Of a DNA stretch of 64,000 nucleotides, positions 32,728-46,305 are shown piece by piece (position 1 is the stretch's first letter; each line of letters starts with the position of its first letter). Origin of the DNA: Folioceros fuciformis (lineage: Eukaryota). A model generated the notes under the pieces. It was not told the origin of the DNA. It saw only the letters and a program-made list of their open reading frames with translations, and did no database searches. The DNA lies in the NCBI GenBank assembly GCA_049999805.1, contig JBNGIO010006046.1:1-64000 (forward strand). Reading direction: 5' to 3'. A program made the position numbers and the translations under genes.

Positions 32728-34371
32728 ATGGCCGCAGTGGAGGCGAGGCCCGCAGGAGGTAGCCGGCTCCGCACGCTGCGGGCTATCCTGTGGTTCGGAG
32801 GCCGCAGCCGCAGCAGGAGGGAACCGAAGGCTTCGTCCCGAATTGCACACAAGGAGGTCTCGCAGGAGCAGCCGTCGCTCTCCAATTTCCAGGATTCTGC
32901 CTGGATCAAGCTCGCTTCTCCTTCTCCCCACGGCAAGTTGCGTGGAGAGGTGGCGGAGGTGAAGCATCCGCAGGCTGCCGGGTCCGGCTCTCTGTGGCGG
33001 AAGCTCAGGGTCGCGTACGGTGTGTGCGGTGGGTATGCGGAATCCACTCTTGACGTGCTGCAGGAACCGAATCGATCCCAGGAGCTGGAGGAGACATCCG
33101 TCCCACTGGCCTCCCACCCGGAGGAAGAGAAGACGGCGGGGGAGGAGGATCCCGGTACAGCTCCGGATGTGGATGTGCCGCCTCCCGAGGACGTGATTGT
33201 CCCGATCCCTGATCCTTCTGCCCCGGGCCCAGCCGCAGCCTATCCATACCAGGAGCTGGTGGAGAGGTTGCGGAGCGGGAGCTTGGAGGAGCGGGCGGCG
33301 GCGGCGGAGGAGGTGAGGAGCCTTGCCCGCTGCGACGGGAATGCTCGGGAGGCTTTCGGTGCTGTCGGGGCGGTGTTTCCTCTGGTATTGCTCATGCAGC
33401 AGTCCGGGGAGGAGATGGCGCAGCAGAGAGCCGCGGTGCTGGCGCTGCTCAATCTGGCCATCGGGCACGACGGGAACAAGCGGGACATTGCAGCCGCGGA
33501 GGGTGCGTTGGGGCGGCTGGTGCAGCTCCTAGAGAAGGGGGCAGAGGAGGTGCAAGCTGCGACAGCGGCGGCCATGCTGTCCCTCTCAGCGCTGGACGCC
33601 AACAAGGCGGTGATCGGGAGCAGCGGGGCCATTCCAATTCTGGTCCGCCTGCTGAAGGGCGGGGTCTCCGCCGAGCTGGAGGAGGCGGGCTGGCAGAGGC
33701 AGCGAAGGCGGGATGCGCTCGGGGCGCTGTACAATCTCTCCCTGTGCAAGGGGAACCTGGCCCTGATGGTGGGGTGCGGGGCGGTAGCGGCACTGCTCTC
33801 CTCGGCCGGGGAGGAGGAGGACGACGACGAGGTTCGGGAGAAGGCGATGGCGGTGCTGGGTCACCTGGTGGGCGTGGAATCGGGCCGGCGGGCCATCGGC
33901 AGCAGCAAGGACGGGGTGCGGTTCTTGGTAGAGCTGCTACGGGGGGAGGAAGCGTCGCCTAAGACGCAGGAGCGGGCAGTGTTCATCCTCATGGTGGTCG
34001 CGCACCACAGCAGGACAATGCGCGGGACCATCGCCCGGGCGGGGGCCGTGAACGCTCTGTTAGAGCTCCTCCTGCTTGGGACTCCGCTGGCGCAGAAGCG
34101 GGCATCCAAGCTCCTGGACAGCTTGCGGGAGGATTCCGAGAGAGGAAGGTCCATCTCCGCCCCCATGGCCACGGGGATTCTGGATCCTCAGCCAGAGATT
34201 CAGGAGGTGCAAGAAGGGGACGAGAGCACCTCTCTCCGCAGGCAGCCCGACGAACGGCGGGCTATGGAAAAGATTCTGCAGCAGAGTCTGCAGAGGAATT
34301 TCAGGACCATGGTGAGGCGTGCCAATTGCCCCTCCACCGCGGAGTTGCAGCTGCATACTCAGTTTGGGTGA
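32728..34371 (+). CDS. Armadillo-repeat protein (PUB-like ARM repeats without a U-box)
   Basis: Intronless GC-rich 547-aa ORF. ARM motifs AVLALLNLAIGHDGNK, LSLSALDANKAVIGSSGAIPILV, DALGALYNLS; C-terminal SISAP..ERRAMEKILQQSLQRNFRTMVRRAN typical of this plant subfamily. Confidence 0.9.
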   Translation: MAAVEARPAGGSRLRTLRAILWFGGRSRSRREPKASSRIAHKEVSQEQPSLSNFQDSAWIKLASPSPHGKLRGEVAEVKHPQAAGSGSLWRKLRVAYGVCGGYAESTLDVLQEPNRSQELEETSVPLASHPEEEKTAGEEDPGTAPDVDVPPPEDVIVPIPDPSAPGPAAAYPYQELVERLRSGSLEERAAAAEEVRSLARCDGNAREAFGAVGAVFPLVLLMQQSGEEMAQQRAAVLALLNLAIGHDGNKRDIAAAEGALGRLVQLLEKGAEEVQAATAAAMLSLSALDANKAVIGSSGAIPILVRLLKGGVSAELEEAGWQRQRRRDALGALYNLSLCKGNLALMVGCGAVAALLSSAGEEEDDDEVREKAMAVLGHLVGVESGRRAIGSSKDGVRFLVELLRGEEASPKTQERAVFILMVVAHHSRTMRGTIARAGAVNALLELLLLGTPLAQKRASKLLDSLREDSERGRSISAPMATGILDPQPEIQEVQEGDESTSLRRQPDERRAMEKILQQSLQRNFRTMVRRANCPSTAELQLHTQFG

Positions 34372-35249
34372 GTGGCATTGTCGTAATTCCGGCTGTCACG
34401 GCCTCAGCCCTCTCCCTCCTCCCGGGAGGCACGCCCCTTCGATCTGGTTCTGTCCTTGGTATTGCTGCACGGCGGACGCTGACGGACGACCACGTCGCCT
34501 CGTCCTGTCGCAGCTTCCCGCTCTGCATCAAGCCACAGGTCTCCGGTGCCCACAGCTGTTCTTCTCCTAGAGACATGGGCCCGCAGCTGACGAGAGACAG
34601 ATTTTTGCTTCGCATTCTTGCCTTGGGTGGATTGTACATTATTACACCACATGACCCGGTCCACCCCTGGGCTTATGTGGGACCGCATACGATTACATAC
34701 ATCGTCGTCTGTACGAGCAAAGTCAGTACAGCTGATCTTCCGCCGTTGTCATGCTCCTTCCCCTGCCATGGCGACAGGCACTCATCCCCAACTACCTCTG
34801 AATCGCAACACACGCAGTTCGTACATCAACTTATTCTTACAATGAATGAGAGGTGGAAAACGAGTAAATACAATGAATGAGAGGTGGAAAACGAGTAAAA
34901 AAAGTAGAATTTCAAAAGGTACTGTACTGCGTACAGAAACGAAACGGAAATTGATGTTATTTTACTTTTTCACTGAAACCGGTACGCTCGTAGTTCGAAA
35001 GCAGTATCCGATTAATCCCCTATTTTTTCAGTGCTTTTAGGGTATGGGGGTTTTAGGGTTTAGGGTTCGTTCCTCCCTTCTTGTGCCCCGGAAAAGCTAA
35101 GCTATCATAGCTGTGAATATTTAAAATAACCTCATCGTAATTCTTTAGCATTATTCTATTCTATGTATATACTTAGCATTATTTTATTCTATGTATATAT
35201 AAAGAAAAAGATTCAATCCATTAGGATTGGGTTATAGATTGGGTTATCA

Positions 35250-38200
35250 ATGGAGGAATTCAAGGAAGAAGTTCTCGAAGACAATTACATCACCTTCCAG
35301 AATGAGCCTTGGTGGCTCTTCATGGATCTTTCTACCAAGCGGCATTCTTCAGTTTTGGTATCCCTTCCTGACGATGATTCTGCATCTGCAATTCTTCGGC
35401 GCGGCCTTGCTTTGCAGGGATGCATGCTGCGGGTGACACCTTTTGTACCCAATGCCTGCCCTACTCAATGCTTCCAGTGTCAACGTTTTGGACACACTCA
35501 TACTTTCTGCAGGAGCACGGAGCGATGCTTGAACTGCGGTGGGCCTCATCTAGCTTCGAACTATAAGGTGGCAACCTCTCTATGCTGCAACTGCCATGGA
35601 TCTCATCGAGCCACTGACCCTTCATGCCCTACTCGCCTCCAAGCTAACTCCAAGTTTTTCTCTCGACCAGACCCCTCGTGAGTCCCTTTAAGATCTTTCA
35701 ACTTAACTGTCACCGATCTTGTGTGGTCATCTCTACTCTTCTGAATCTGCTTCTGTCGTCCTTTGACATTCTTTTCCTTCAGGCGCCTTATGTCATTAAC
35801 CCTTCCACTGCACTCTCTCACCCGCAATGGACTCCTATCCTCCCCTCTCCTAGTCTCCCCTCCCGCCCTTGGGTCCTCACCTATGTTAACAAAAGCCTTT
35901 GCTCTAGTAGCATTTCTCCCCGCTGGGATCTTTTTAACCATCCTGATATCCAATGTGTCTAGGTCTCTTGCCCAGGCCAAGTCATTAACTTTGTTAACCT
36001 TTAGAATCCGCCTAGGTCCAGTAGCACCATCCGCATTCTCACTCCACATGCCCACTTCCTCTCCCAACACTGTTTTACTCTCGGAGATTTCAATCTTCAT
36101 CACCCCTTGTGGGAATCTACTGCATCTAATGAAGTGATTTCCTCGGTGGCCGATGAGTTTGCCCTCTTCATTAACACTACTCCCCTCTTTCTTCTCACCC
36201 CCTCGGATTGCGCCACCTTCGTGTCTTCTACAAATAACACTTTCACTTTGGATCTCACGCTTTCTTCTGCGGATGTTCGCAACTTGGTTGATTTCTATGA
36301 TATTCTCCTCGATCTAGATGCAGGGTCTGACTACCAAGCTATTGTTTTGTTCCTTACTATTCCTTTCTGTTTAGATTCCCCTCCTCCGCCTCCTCTTCCT
36401 TCCCGCCTTAATGTCAAAGCTACTGACTGGGACAAATTTTCTTCTACTTTAGCTTATGAGGTTTCGACTAACTTGGTGGGACTTGGGCTCCTTTAAACTA
36501 TTGCTCAGATTGATCATCTTGTGGCTCAAGTCATAATATCTCTACAGAAGGCTATCTCCGCATCTACCCCCGTAGTACACCCTCACCTCCGTGCTAAACT
36601 TTGGTGGTCTCCTACCCTCTCCTCTCTTCGCAAGGGGCTTGCTCAGGCTCGTCGGATCATGCGCATTACTAAGACTCTAGGGGATATTGTAGCTTTTCGG
36701 TCTGTTAGAATTAGTACTTTCGGAATGTGAAAGTTGCCAAGAAGGACCATTGGAAGAAATTTCTGATGGAGGCTAGCAACTCGGATATTTGGAAGATTTA
36801 TCGCTCCACTAAACCCGCTTCCTCGTCTTTCACTCCTCCTTTACTCTCTGGAGACGGGTCACTTGCTTACTCTCATGCTGCCAAGTGTGCAGTCCTCCGT
36901 TCTGCTTTATTCCCCTCTTCTTCAGACACCCCTCCTCTTCCCCCGTCCGCTGCTTCCCATTTCCCATGGCCCACCCCTGCTTTGCACGAGGTGCAGCAGG
37001 CTCTCTTTGGTGCGAAGGCCTGGAAAGCGGCAGGCCCGGACACCATTGCTGCAGGTTTTCTTCAGAGGCGTTGGGACCTCCTCAAACAATTTTAATTATA
37101 TATCTTCCAGGCCTGCTCCACTTTGGGTTATCATCCTTTGACGTGGCGTCACTCGCTCACCATCATTCTTCGCAAACTCAATCGGGCTAATTATTCGTTA
37201 TCTTGCTCATATCGCCCTATTGCTCTTCTTAATTGCTTAGGCAAGGCCCTGGAGGGTTTTATGGCTTCACGTCTCTTCTTCTTGGTTGAGAACAATCATG
37301 GTCTCCTTCCCTCCAATCATTTGAGGGGTCGGTCGGGTTGGAGTACAAGCGATGCAGCAGCTCTCCTTGTTCAGGATATCCGTAGGGCTTGGGGTCAACG
37401 ACATGTTCTCTCCCTTCTCCTCATGGATATCAAAGGTGCATATGACTCAGTTAACCATCAGATTCTCTTATTTGTCCCGTGCAGGAAAGGCCTTCCAACT
37501 TCGTTGATCCATTAGGTCTTCCACTTTCTGTCTCAGCCGGCGACGTCACTTTGCCTGGATGGTCAATATGACACTCTTGCTCCCATCAATTCTCGGTTAC
37601 CCCAGGGTTCATCAATCTCGCCTATTCTTCACTTCTGATCTCATCACTCAACTTCAAACCATAAGTGGTGGCACTGGCTGGATTGATGACACGGGGGCAT
37701 ATGTCACTGCTCCTTCATGCAAAAAGTCTACAAAAAAACTTCAGGCTATGCTTCGTGTGGCATCGGAGTGGGCCTCCACGCACCTTGTGGAGTTTGATTC
37801 TAACAAGTTTGAACTTATTCATTTTTCCCTGAAGCGTAAGGAATCAACAAAGGAATGTACTCTTTCACTACCCGATGGTTCCCTTATCACTCCCTCCGAG
37901 TGTATTAGGTTTTTGGGCTTCTATTTGGATTCCAAGTTAACGTGGAACACGCATGTTCATTAGGTTTCGGCTTCTGCAATGCGTACTTTGTCAGCTATAA
38001 TCTCTCTTGGGAATTCAATTTGGGGCCTCAATGCCAAGCTTCTTCGATAATTATACATCAGTGTTGTCCTGCCCAAGCTCGATTACGGCTGCAATGTCTG
38101 GTTCAATAGAGGTCATACACACATTCAACACCTTCAACGGGTCCAACGTCTAGCCTGTAGGGCCATTACAGGTGCGTTTCGAACTACCTCCACTGATGCC

Positions 38201-39570
38201 CTGGAATTTGAAGCTTTTCTTCTGCCCACGGAGTTGCGCCTTCAACGCCATTCTCTCCGTTCTCTCCTCCGCAACGTCTCCTGCCCTCCCTCTCACCCCA
38301 TCCATCAAGTCTTTCTTCCTACGACTAACTACAAAAAACACTATCACAATGCTATCCGCAGTTGCCTCACACTCCTTTCCCCTAGTACTCTGACTCCACT
38401 TTAGGATTGCCCACCTCCACTGCCATTGAGACTATTTTTCCTCGACTCGTGCCTCCTTGGGCCTCTCCTCTTTCTTCACCCACAACCATCGTAATTTTAC
38501 AATCTCCCACTTCTACTATTGTCTCACATTCCCTATATCTTTTGACTCCTTATGCCCTTGCCATTTACGCTGATGGTTCTCTTCTGGATGGTCATGCCGG
38601 GGGCGCGGCTGTTTTCTACTTTCAAAGGGGATATTGTCCATCAATTATCTTTTGGTTTAGAAACATACTATGAGGTTTATGAGGCAGAACTCCTCTGTAA
38701 TTTCATGCATGCACACCCTCTTTGCTTCCATCCCCAGGATTTCGTCAGTTACAATTTTCCTTGATAATCAAGCAGCTATCATGTCTTTAACAAACACTTC
38801 GGCTCGCCCAGCCCAAGCCATATCTCTCCAAGCTAGGACATCTCTCCATGCCTTCTCGGTAGCTCATCTGGAGGTTTCTCTTAATCTCCACTGGATTCCG
38901 GGCCATCATAATATAGTTGCTAATGAGCATGCAGATGTAACCACCAAGGCCCATTTTCCGCGAAGACCGGATCCTATCAGTGTCCACAGCTCGCCAGCAA
39001 ATTCATGCTGCAAGTCTACAGGAGTGGCGTTTACGATGGGTTTACTCAACTAAGGCTTCTGCGCTTAAGAGGGTGGTGCTTGGTGGCCCTTCGACCTCGG
39101 TGCTACAACGCCTTGGTCTCCATGACTGTAACCTCTCATCATTTTTCACCCAACTTCGGACTGGGCATATGGCTATTGGGGCTTACTTTAGGAGATTCAA
39201 CATTGCAGAGGATCCATTTTGTCGGAAATGCAAGTCTTCAGAAGAAACTCGTCGCCACATCCTTGGCTAGTGTATGGCCACTCACAACACTTGGATCCAG
39301 ATGTTTCAAGGCTCTTACTACGATATCCGCCAACTTCTTAGTGTTCCCAAACTCAGGGAAAAACTTCTCTCTTATTTCAAGGTGATTGGCGATTACTTAA
39401 CTTAGGCTTATTGACATAGCTATCTAGATTTGCTATTTTGTTTGCTCTAATCCTCTTTCTTTTGCGCTTTCCCAAAGTGTCCATTCAATCATGTTTTTGA
39501 TTCAATTCCGACGTCATAGCCTCACGGCTGCATACGCCTAATGATAAATAAATAAAATAAAATAAAATAA
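35250..39570 (+). mobile_element. Degenerate non-LTR retrotransposon of Tad1/I-group type (ORF1 zinc knuckles; ORF2 APE-RT-RNaseH-CCHC)
   Basis: ORF1 CFQCQRFGH, CLNCGGPH, CCNCHGSH. ORF2: APE (IFQLNCHRS, GDFNLHHPLW, TLDLTL); RT (YRPIALLNCLGKALE, DIKGAYDSV, GLPQGS, WIDD, KFELIHFS); RNase H (IYADGS, EVYEAEL, FLDNQAAI, HWIPGH..NEHAD); TQLRTGH..CRKC..ETRRH; (TAAA)n tail at 39545-39570. Confidence 0.9.
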
Positions 39571-40526
39571 ATTACATGCTCCCTCATTGAACTTTCTCAT
39601 TTCTATCTTAAAAATGCCTAACATGTAGCTCTTAGCTTGTTCTGCCAAGTTATCCGTACTTGACTTTTCTTGGGTAAACCATGCATGCATTTTTATACTT
39701 GGGATAGTGATGCGTAGATCAGGATTATGATGTAATAATCCCCATAGCAGATGGATACATTGAAGAGAGAGCTCCCCAGCTTTTTGAAGTGCAAACTCGC
39801 TAGCTGTGAATTCATCCTCCTCTTCCACAAAAAGATGATATCCAGTTAGCATCTTGAACAAGGTTAACCCTGCACTCCATACATCACATGGTGCACCCTT
39901 GTATTCTAATCCCATACGAGCCTCCGGAGCCATGTACATCGTTGTCCCACAATCTTCCTTGAATTTTGTGTTTAAGCTTCCTCTACAGGAGACACCAAAA
40001 TCTGTGACTTTTAAAGCTCCTTTGTTACTCACAAGTAAGTTTTCAAGTTTGATATCACGGTGGAAAATGCCAACATCGTGACAATGTTCTAAACCTGAAA
40101 TAAGTCCGCGGAAGTAGTGGACAGCTATATCTTCACCTATAGAACCACTATGTTGAATAAGTTGGTACCGGAGGAACCGGTGGAACCATGTGAATAAGTT
40201 GGTACAAGAGGAACCGGTGGAACCGTGTGAATAAGTTGGTATAAGGAACCGTGTGCCACAAGTTCTTGAACCATGTACACGTTTTTACCCAAGCAATGCA
40301 TGGCATACGCTTTCACGATGTTTGGGTGATCCAATGCCTTTAGAGTTTGGAATTCACGCTCCATGGTCTTCATACCTGTTTTGCCCACTTTCTTGAAGAC
40401 CTTGATGGCAACAAATTCATTGGAAGTGATGTTTCTCCCAAGCATAACTTGTGCTTGGGTACCTTCTCCCAAGATAGTTTCATAGATCTCATAATTGTCA
40501 AGTGTTGTAACCATATTATGTTGCAT
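39571..40526 (-). pseudogene. Intronless SnRK/CIPK-like (CAMK group) protein kinase, frameshifted and with its 3' end abutting the LINE
   Basis: LGEGTQAQV, VAIK, HPNIVK, HYFRGLISGLEHCH..FHRDIKLENLL..VTDFG, CGTTMYMAPE, DVWSAG. A 74-bp insertion (2x37-bp repeat, 40154-40241) breaks the frame. Confidence 0.8.
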
Positions 40527-41686
40527 TGTATGTTGCGTTAAAGTTGTGGAGTCGTTACGAAGAAATCAATCTTGAAAGGCACCCTAGAGCTGGAAGCCTA
40601 GAGCAAATCTCCCTAAGTAGATGCTCTCAAGACAAGTTAAAGACTTGATGTTATTTTTGTTTAGCCACATGTTACCTATATATAGGTATTGGTGTCCTTG
40701 GGTCTCGAAAAAAGCAAATCCTTTTATCACACTCATTACTTGCCCTTAGTGCTTTCAAGACAAAAGACTTGATATTTTGTCGTGCTGTTTGCATGCAAGG
40801 CTAATGGTGTCCTTGGTTCTTGAAAAAAAAAAAAACTAGTAATAACATAAAAATTTAGTGACAATTATTTCTTACAACTATCCTTAAAGAGAGGAAAAAA
40901 GAAAAAGAAAAAAAGAGAAACCACATATATTTAACTGTGTTGAGTTACAAGTCACGCATACGTGTATTGCTAATGTTGTTCCTCCTTTCTTCGGTTCTCA
41001 AAGCCCATAGATATTCCATAACATGTGCACATCGGCCTGTCCTTGGTCTTTTAAGACAGATATTTCATCACGGCATTGCACTAGGATAAAGGAAGTACGT
41101 GAGCTCAAAGCTTATGCAAGCTATCCACCAAGGCGTAGAGAATGGACTCCGCCCACATAAGCCAGGGGCACCGCAACGTAGCTTACTCTGCTGAACAGAC
41201 TTGACTCTTTTATCGACGGGATATTGCTGCTGCGAACGCAGCCATGGTCCACTTGCAAGTATCTAACAGTGAACCTGCTCCCAGCGGGTCCGTTGTAGCG
41301 AGAGCCTCGATTCCAATGAAAGCCGCGAAATCCAAGTAGCAACTCCGTCTTTGTGTATGCTAGAAATTCTGATGTCAGGCGTCGTGCATTTTCACTCCGT
41401 GGCAGCAGGGCGAATTGCTCGCCCGCGCTGCCTGTAGAGCTTTTGGCTGCGTGTAGCTTGCCAGCAAAAACCTTTGCCGTCTTAAGGGAGCGGAGAAAGC
41501 TTGCTCTTTCGAATTCATAATGCTGAGATCTCATTGGGAATAGCGACGCTGAGTTTTGCTCCCACTGCTCCACGCACACCATGAAGCTGGAATCTCTGCC
41601 GTGGTTTCCTTGACTCTTCTCAATCGACTGGAGCTCACATTATCTAGGCTTATCCCCTCCTTCAGCAAAAACTGTCCCTCAAAAGC

Positions 41687-41710
41687 TTTAGGGTTTAAGG
41701 AAGGGTTTAG
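41687..41710. promoter_or_regulatory. Telo-box-like (TTTAGGGTTT) elements upstream of PRMT5
   Basis: TTTAGGGTTTAAGG..AGGGTTTAGG about 110-130 bp 5' of the ATG. Confidence 0.35.
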
Positions 41711-41818
41711 GAGGCTGCAGATGTAGGCCCCGGCGGACTGAAGCGTTTAAGTTGGTTTCAGGGATATCGTAGGGCCGTTGGGTTGTTTCTGAGGCTTCAG
41801 TGACCTCAGCGGAGAAGA

Positions 41819-44800
41819 ATGCCTCTAGGAAGACGTCTAGGGGATACCAGCGAGTCGCGGTATTGCGGGGCAGAAGTTGCCTTCTCTTATGACATTGACC
41901 AAACCTTAGCGTCCGCTTTGAATAATTCCTTCGACTTCCTTGTCGCACCCTTGGTACGTGATGCTGTTCAAGCTGTACCTGCTGGGATATTGAATTTTGA
42001 GCCTTGTTGCTTAAGCCATGATGTCGTGAGGTTGCGATGTAACTCGTTTCCGCACACGGGTCTCTAGACAAATCCGGAATACAGGCCTAGTAGGTTGCAG
42101 GATGGTGGAGGAGGAACTCCTGTTCCTCCGTTCGCAGGGTCTGATCTTGTCCTGACTCCGGCTCAGTGGAGTAGTCACATTGTTGGTGGGTCCTCGACCA
42201 GCTTGTACTTTTGCGCTTGTTGCTTAGTAGACCATGACTTTTTCGTTGCAATCTCCTCACTTATGGAGGCCATCGTATTGGATCACAGGGAAGATCAGTG
42301 CATGGATTGACCTTGATTCTCACGATGAGGTAGCACGTTTGGACGGAGAAACTACCCTGAAGCAGGAGTTGGGATGGGCAAGTCATCTGTCATTGCAGGT
42401 ACCATTTCTGATCTAGAGGAAGACGGTTTATGTATGTTTGGTCGTCTATGCGGTCAGTAATTTTTTTGTCTGCACCAGGGCCTGAACATGGGACCAAACC
42501 ACTGTGTTATTATCACTGAGCTGTGTTATGTGCTTTAGGCATGTCTGTTGCCCACTCCGAAGGCTCTGAACTGTGGCAACTATGCACGCTGCGTCAATCA
42601 AACACTACAAGGGCTATCAAACATGCAGGTGAATAGCCACCTCGAGAAATGTTGTTTTTAAAGGGTTCTCGCCCACCAAGTGGATGGTCTTGATGTGATG
42701 TTGGTGCTGCAAACAGTTGTGGCTGCGGATACCCCTTATGAGTCCCGAATTGCAAGAGGCAGAGGGTACAGCTGCAGAAGATGCTGTCTTCCTGGTACAT
42801 TTGCTTACGTTTTGGATCCTCTCTCTTAAAGCTTGTCTCGCTCTTATTTGGTCTGCTCTGATCAAGAGCACAATGGATTGAGATTGAGCAGAGACGCGAT
42901 GCCATCACTGGGCGCCCTGCAAGCGATTCCTGGGAGTGGTGGAATATGTTTAGAGCACTTTGTGAGCATCACAGTCAGCTCTCCGTTGCGCTTGATATCA
43001 CGTGAGCTCCATGTCTGACGATGTGACTTTGTGCAGCTTTGAGGGTGGTATTTTATTGTGTGACGCTTGGTCAGTGGCAAACTCACGGCTATTTGGTTGC
43101 ACCAATGTAGGGCTTCCTTACCGTCTCCAAACTCCATGAAGCGTTGGATAGGAGAACCTCTGAAGGCAGCTATAGTGCATACTAGTGTAAGTACTGTGCA
43201 ATGTTGCGCCATGGGAGTTTTTAGTTCCATTTTTGCTAAAGTTTCCGTCATATGCTTGGGAACTGACTTCTCAGCTATTATTGACAAGCATGGGTCGGGT
43301 GTTAAAGCAGTCAACTCATTGAACCGTGGGTTGTCGAGTTGCAGGCGTTCTTGACCAATAGACGTGGATTTCCTTGTCTATCTAAACGGCATCAGAATTT
43401 CATTCTTGCTCTTTTTAACCACAATGTGCAGGTAATAGTGTCTACTTAATGTGACTATGGGATTTGTTGTCTGTTGTCAAGATGTGAAACGTCTTACAAT
43501 GGTTTTCGTGTCACAAGTGCAGGTAATAATTTCAGGAGAACCCCAGCATCATGTTAGTGTAGAGGACTTGGGAGTGACAAGCGAGACAAGCAGTAATGGT
43601 TGTGATGGTAGGATACAGCTCTCTTTGTCCAGCAGAACTCACGATTAGCTTACTTGTGGTTGAGAATGCAACTCCATGTCTCGTGCTGCGGTTCACGTCG
43701 GTTCTATTGAAATGTCTTTTGTTTTCGCTCTTGCAGACCCAGATGTATCATATCGGGACCACCCATTAAAGCCATACCTGGAGTACATTGCGCACCTGTA
43801 CAGACGCATGGATCCTCCTTCAGAACAAGAGCGTTTTGAGGTGCGAGGCCTATGGTGCTGGTTTTCAGGTCTCTGGTATCGGTCAGTGTGTCATCAGTCA
43901 CAAGACTGTCTCCTGACTGGTCAAGGCGTTTGATTCTTGAGGATCCCACGTGATTGCAGATTGGCTACAGAGATTTTCTCCAGGCACCACTGCAGGTATG
44001 CGTTCCTTTCAATTCTAAGTGTTTTCGGAAGTTAGCTGGCTGTCATTGCAGTTGAACTGTTAATGCTGTTGATTCAGCCTTTGATGGACAACCTCGAAGC
44101 CCAGACGTACGAGACGTTTGAAAAAGATGCTACCAAATATCGACAGGTTATGGTCTTAAACCCTTGGAAATTTTCCCCATGATCCTTTCCATATGCTGCA
44201 AAGGTATTGTTGATAGTCGCTAGGGAGGCTATCTTCTCCCATTTAGATGATTTGTTAATGTCGTGACGAAAGTGGTTAACCTGGTTTCCGTCAGAACTTG
44301 ATTTCTTTTGCACCTATGTTTCTTCTTCGTTGGCCTTACCTGAGAATCCCATGTCGGTGTTACATGAGGAGCAGTACCACAGAGCGGTGCATGCCGCATT
44401 GCTTGACCGTGTGCCAGAGGAAGAGAGCTCGACAACGACAGTTGTAAGCTTCTTTTACTTTTGATCGAGCCTTCCAATGAGCTCTGTTTAGAGCTGGATT
44501 TGCATTCTCGCTTAGCTTCTGAAAATGGAGAGCTGAACAGGTGCTGATGGTAGTTGGAGCAGGCAGAGGACCTCTTGTTAGAGCTTCTCTTCAGGTAAGC
44601 GCTGAGCAATTAATCTAGAGGCAAGTTCCTTGTTTGACGTCAGTTTGGAATAAGGAAAAAGTTGACGACAGGCGGCCAATGAAGCTGGGAGAAGATTGCG
44701 CGTTTATGCGGTGGAGAAGAATCCTAATGCTGTAGTTACATTGCATGTACGTCCGCCTGTTTTCTTATAACGATCGCTGATTGCCTTTGGTTTCCAGCTT

Positions 44801-46305
44801 TTTTGCTGACTTTCTTCCATCTTACTTGTTGCATCTGAAAACGCTTAACAGAGTCTCATCAGGCTTGAAGGGTGGCAGAACCTGGTCACAGTTGTTTCCA
44901 GTGACATGCGGCAGTGGGCTGCACCTGAGCAGGCTGACATCTTGGTATGTCTCTAATTTTGTTGTTTGCTCCAGGCCTTTGGTAAATTCGGAACCAATTT
45001 TAGGTTTGTCAGGTGGATGCTGGATCTCAGATCAAAAACGTTGGGAATGGTTGCTGCTATGGACAGGTGAGCGAGTTGTTGGGGTCATTTGGAGATAATG
45101 AGCTATCTCCAGAATGTCTGGATGGTGCGCAGAGGTTTTTGAAGAACGATGGAATCTCGATCCCATCCTCGTAAGTTCCCTAACTATATTTGAAAGCTCG
45201 GATTGCAGTATCTGTTCCCTCCCATAGCATTGATTACTCCTGTGACAATTCAGATATACAAGCTTCATTGGACCAATTACAGCTTCTAAACTTTACAACG
45301 ATGTGAGACCGATTTCCCACTTACACGTTTCTCTCTCACCCACGACTTTCCATAGTGATTGGCATGGTCAGGCAGAGTGATTGGCACGGTCAGACTTTGT
45401 GATTGTGATGGTCAGACAGGGTGATTGGCATGGTCAGAGTTAGAGATGGGCAGGGTTAGACGAAGGAAGGGCAGAAGCTTAAAATCTCGTCGTGTCTGCT
45501 GTGTCAGGTGAAGTCTTATAACGACCTTGTGCACTTTGAAACAGCCTATGTGGTAAAGCTTCACAGTGTTGCACGTTTAGCTCCTCCTAAGCCGGTATAA
45601 CACCCTTCCTGCTTTGCTTGTTTGCCGCTTGAGTGGTCAATCGTCCATTTTAGTAAAATCATGGACGGCGTGGATTAGGTGTTCACTTTTGAGCATCCTA
45701 ATCCGGACGTCAAACCAGACAACAGGCGGTACAAGAAGCTGCTGTTTGAATTGCCTTCAGACACTGGATCTGCCCTACTTCACGGTGAGAGTTCAATTAT
45801 ATCCATCATAGTTGTAGTTTGTGGACGTTTTGATGTGCATGCAGTTCTTATGTGTTAGATTTATGCTCCTTTCTGTAGGGTTTGCTGGCTACTTCGATGC
45901 CGTCCTTTACAAAGACGTGCATCTCGGCATAGAACCGTCAACTGCTACGCCAAACATGTTCAGCTGGTAACTGTCACGAACGATAGACCATCCTTAGCTT
46001 AACGTTTCGATGGTACCTGGCACTTACATTGTTTGACGTCCTTACGTTCTCAGGTTCGCGATATTTTTCCCCCTCCGCCAACCGATATATATACCTGCAG
46101 GAGCAGTGGTAGAAACTCATTTCTGGCGCTGTGTGGGTCCAACAAAGGTGAGAACGTTTGATATTTCTGACACTCAGGAAAGTTTCCGTTATCTGACGAT
46201 AATTTTCTGGCCGGTTTGCAGGTATGGTATGAGTGGGCAGTTACTGCGCCTTCTGTCTCTTCCATTCACAATACGCATGGTCGATCATACTGGGTTGGGT
46301 TGTAG
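41819..46305 (+). CDS. PRMT5: Protein arginine N-methyltransferase 5 (SKB1 orthologue), >20 short exons
   Basis: [114 protein letters not shown]; ends GRSYWVGL* (TAG 46303-46305). Confidence 0.95.

Noticed and set aside
32484-34356. Long antisense ORFs over the ARM gene
   Set aside because: Expected from very high GC content
35035-35070. TTTAGGG telomere-like units (also 13868)
   Set aside because: Only two or three units; too short to call an interstitial telomere
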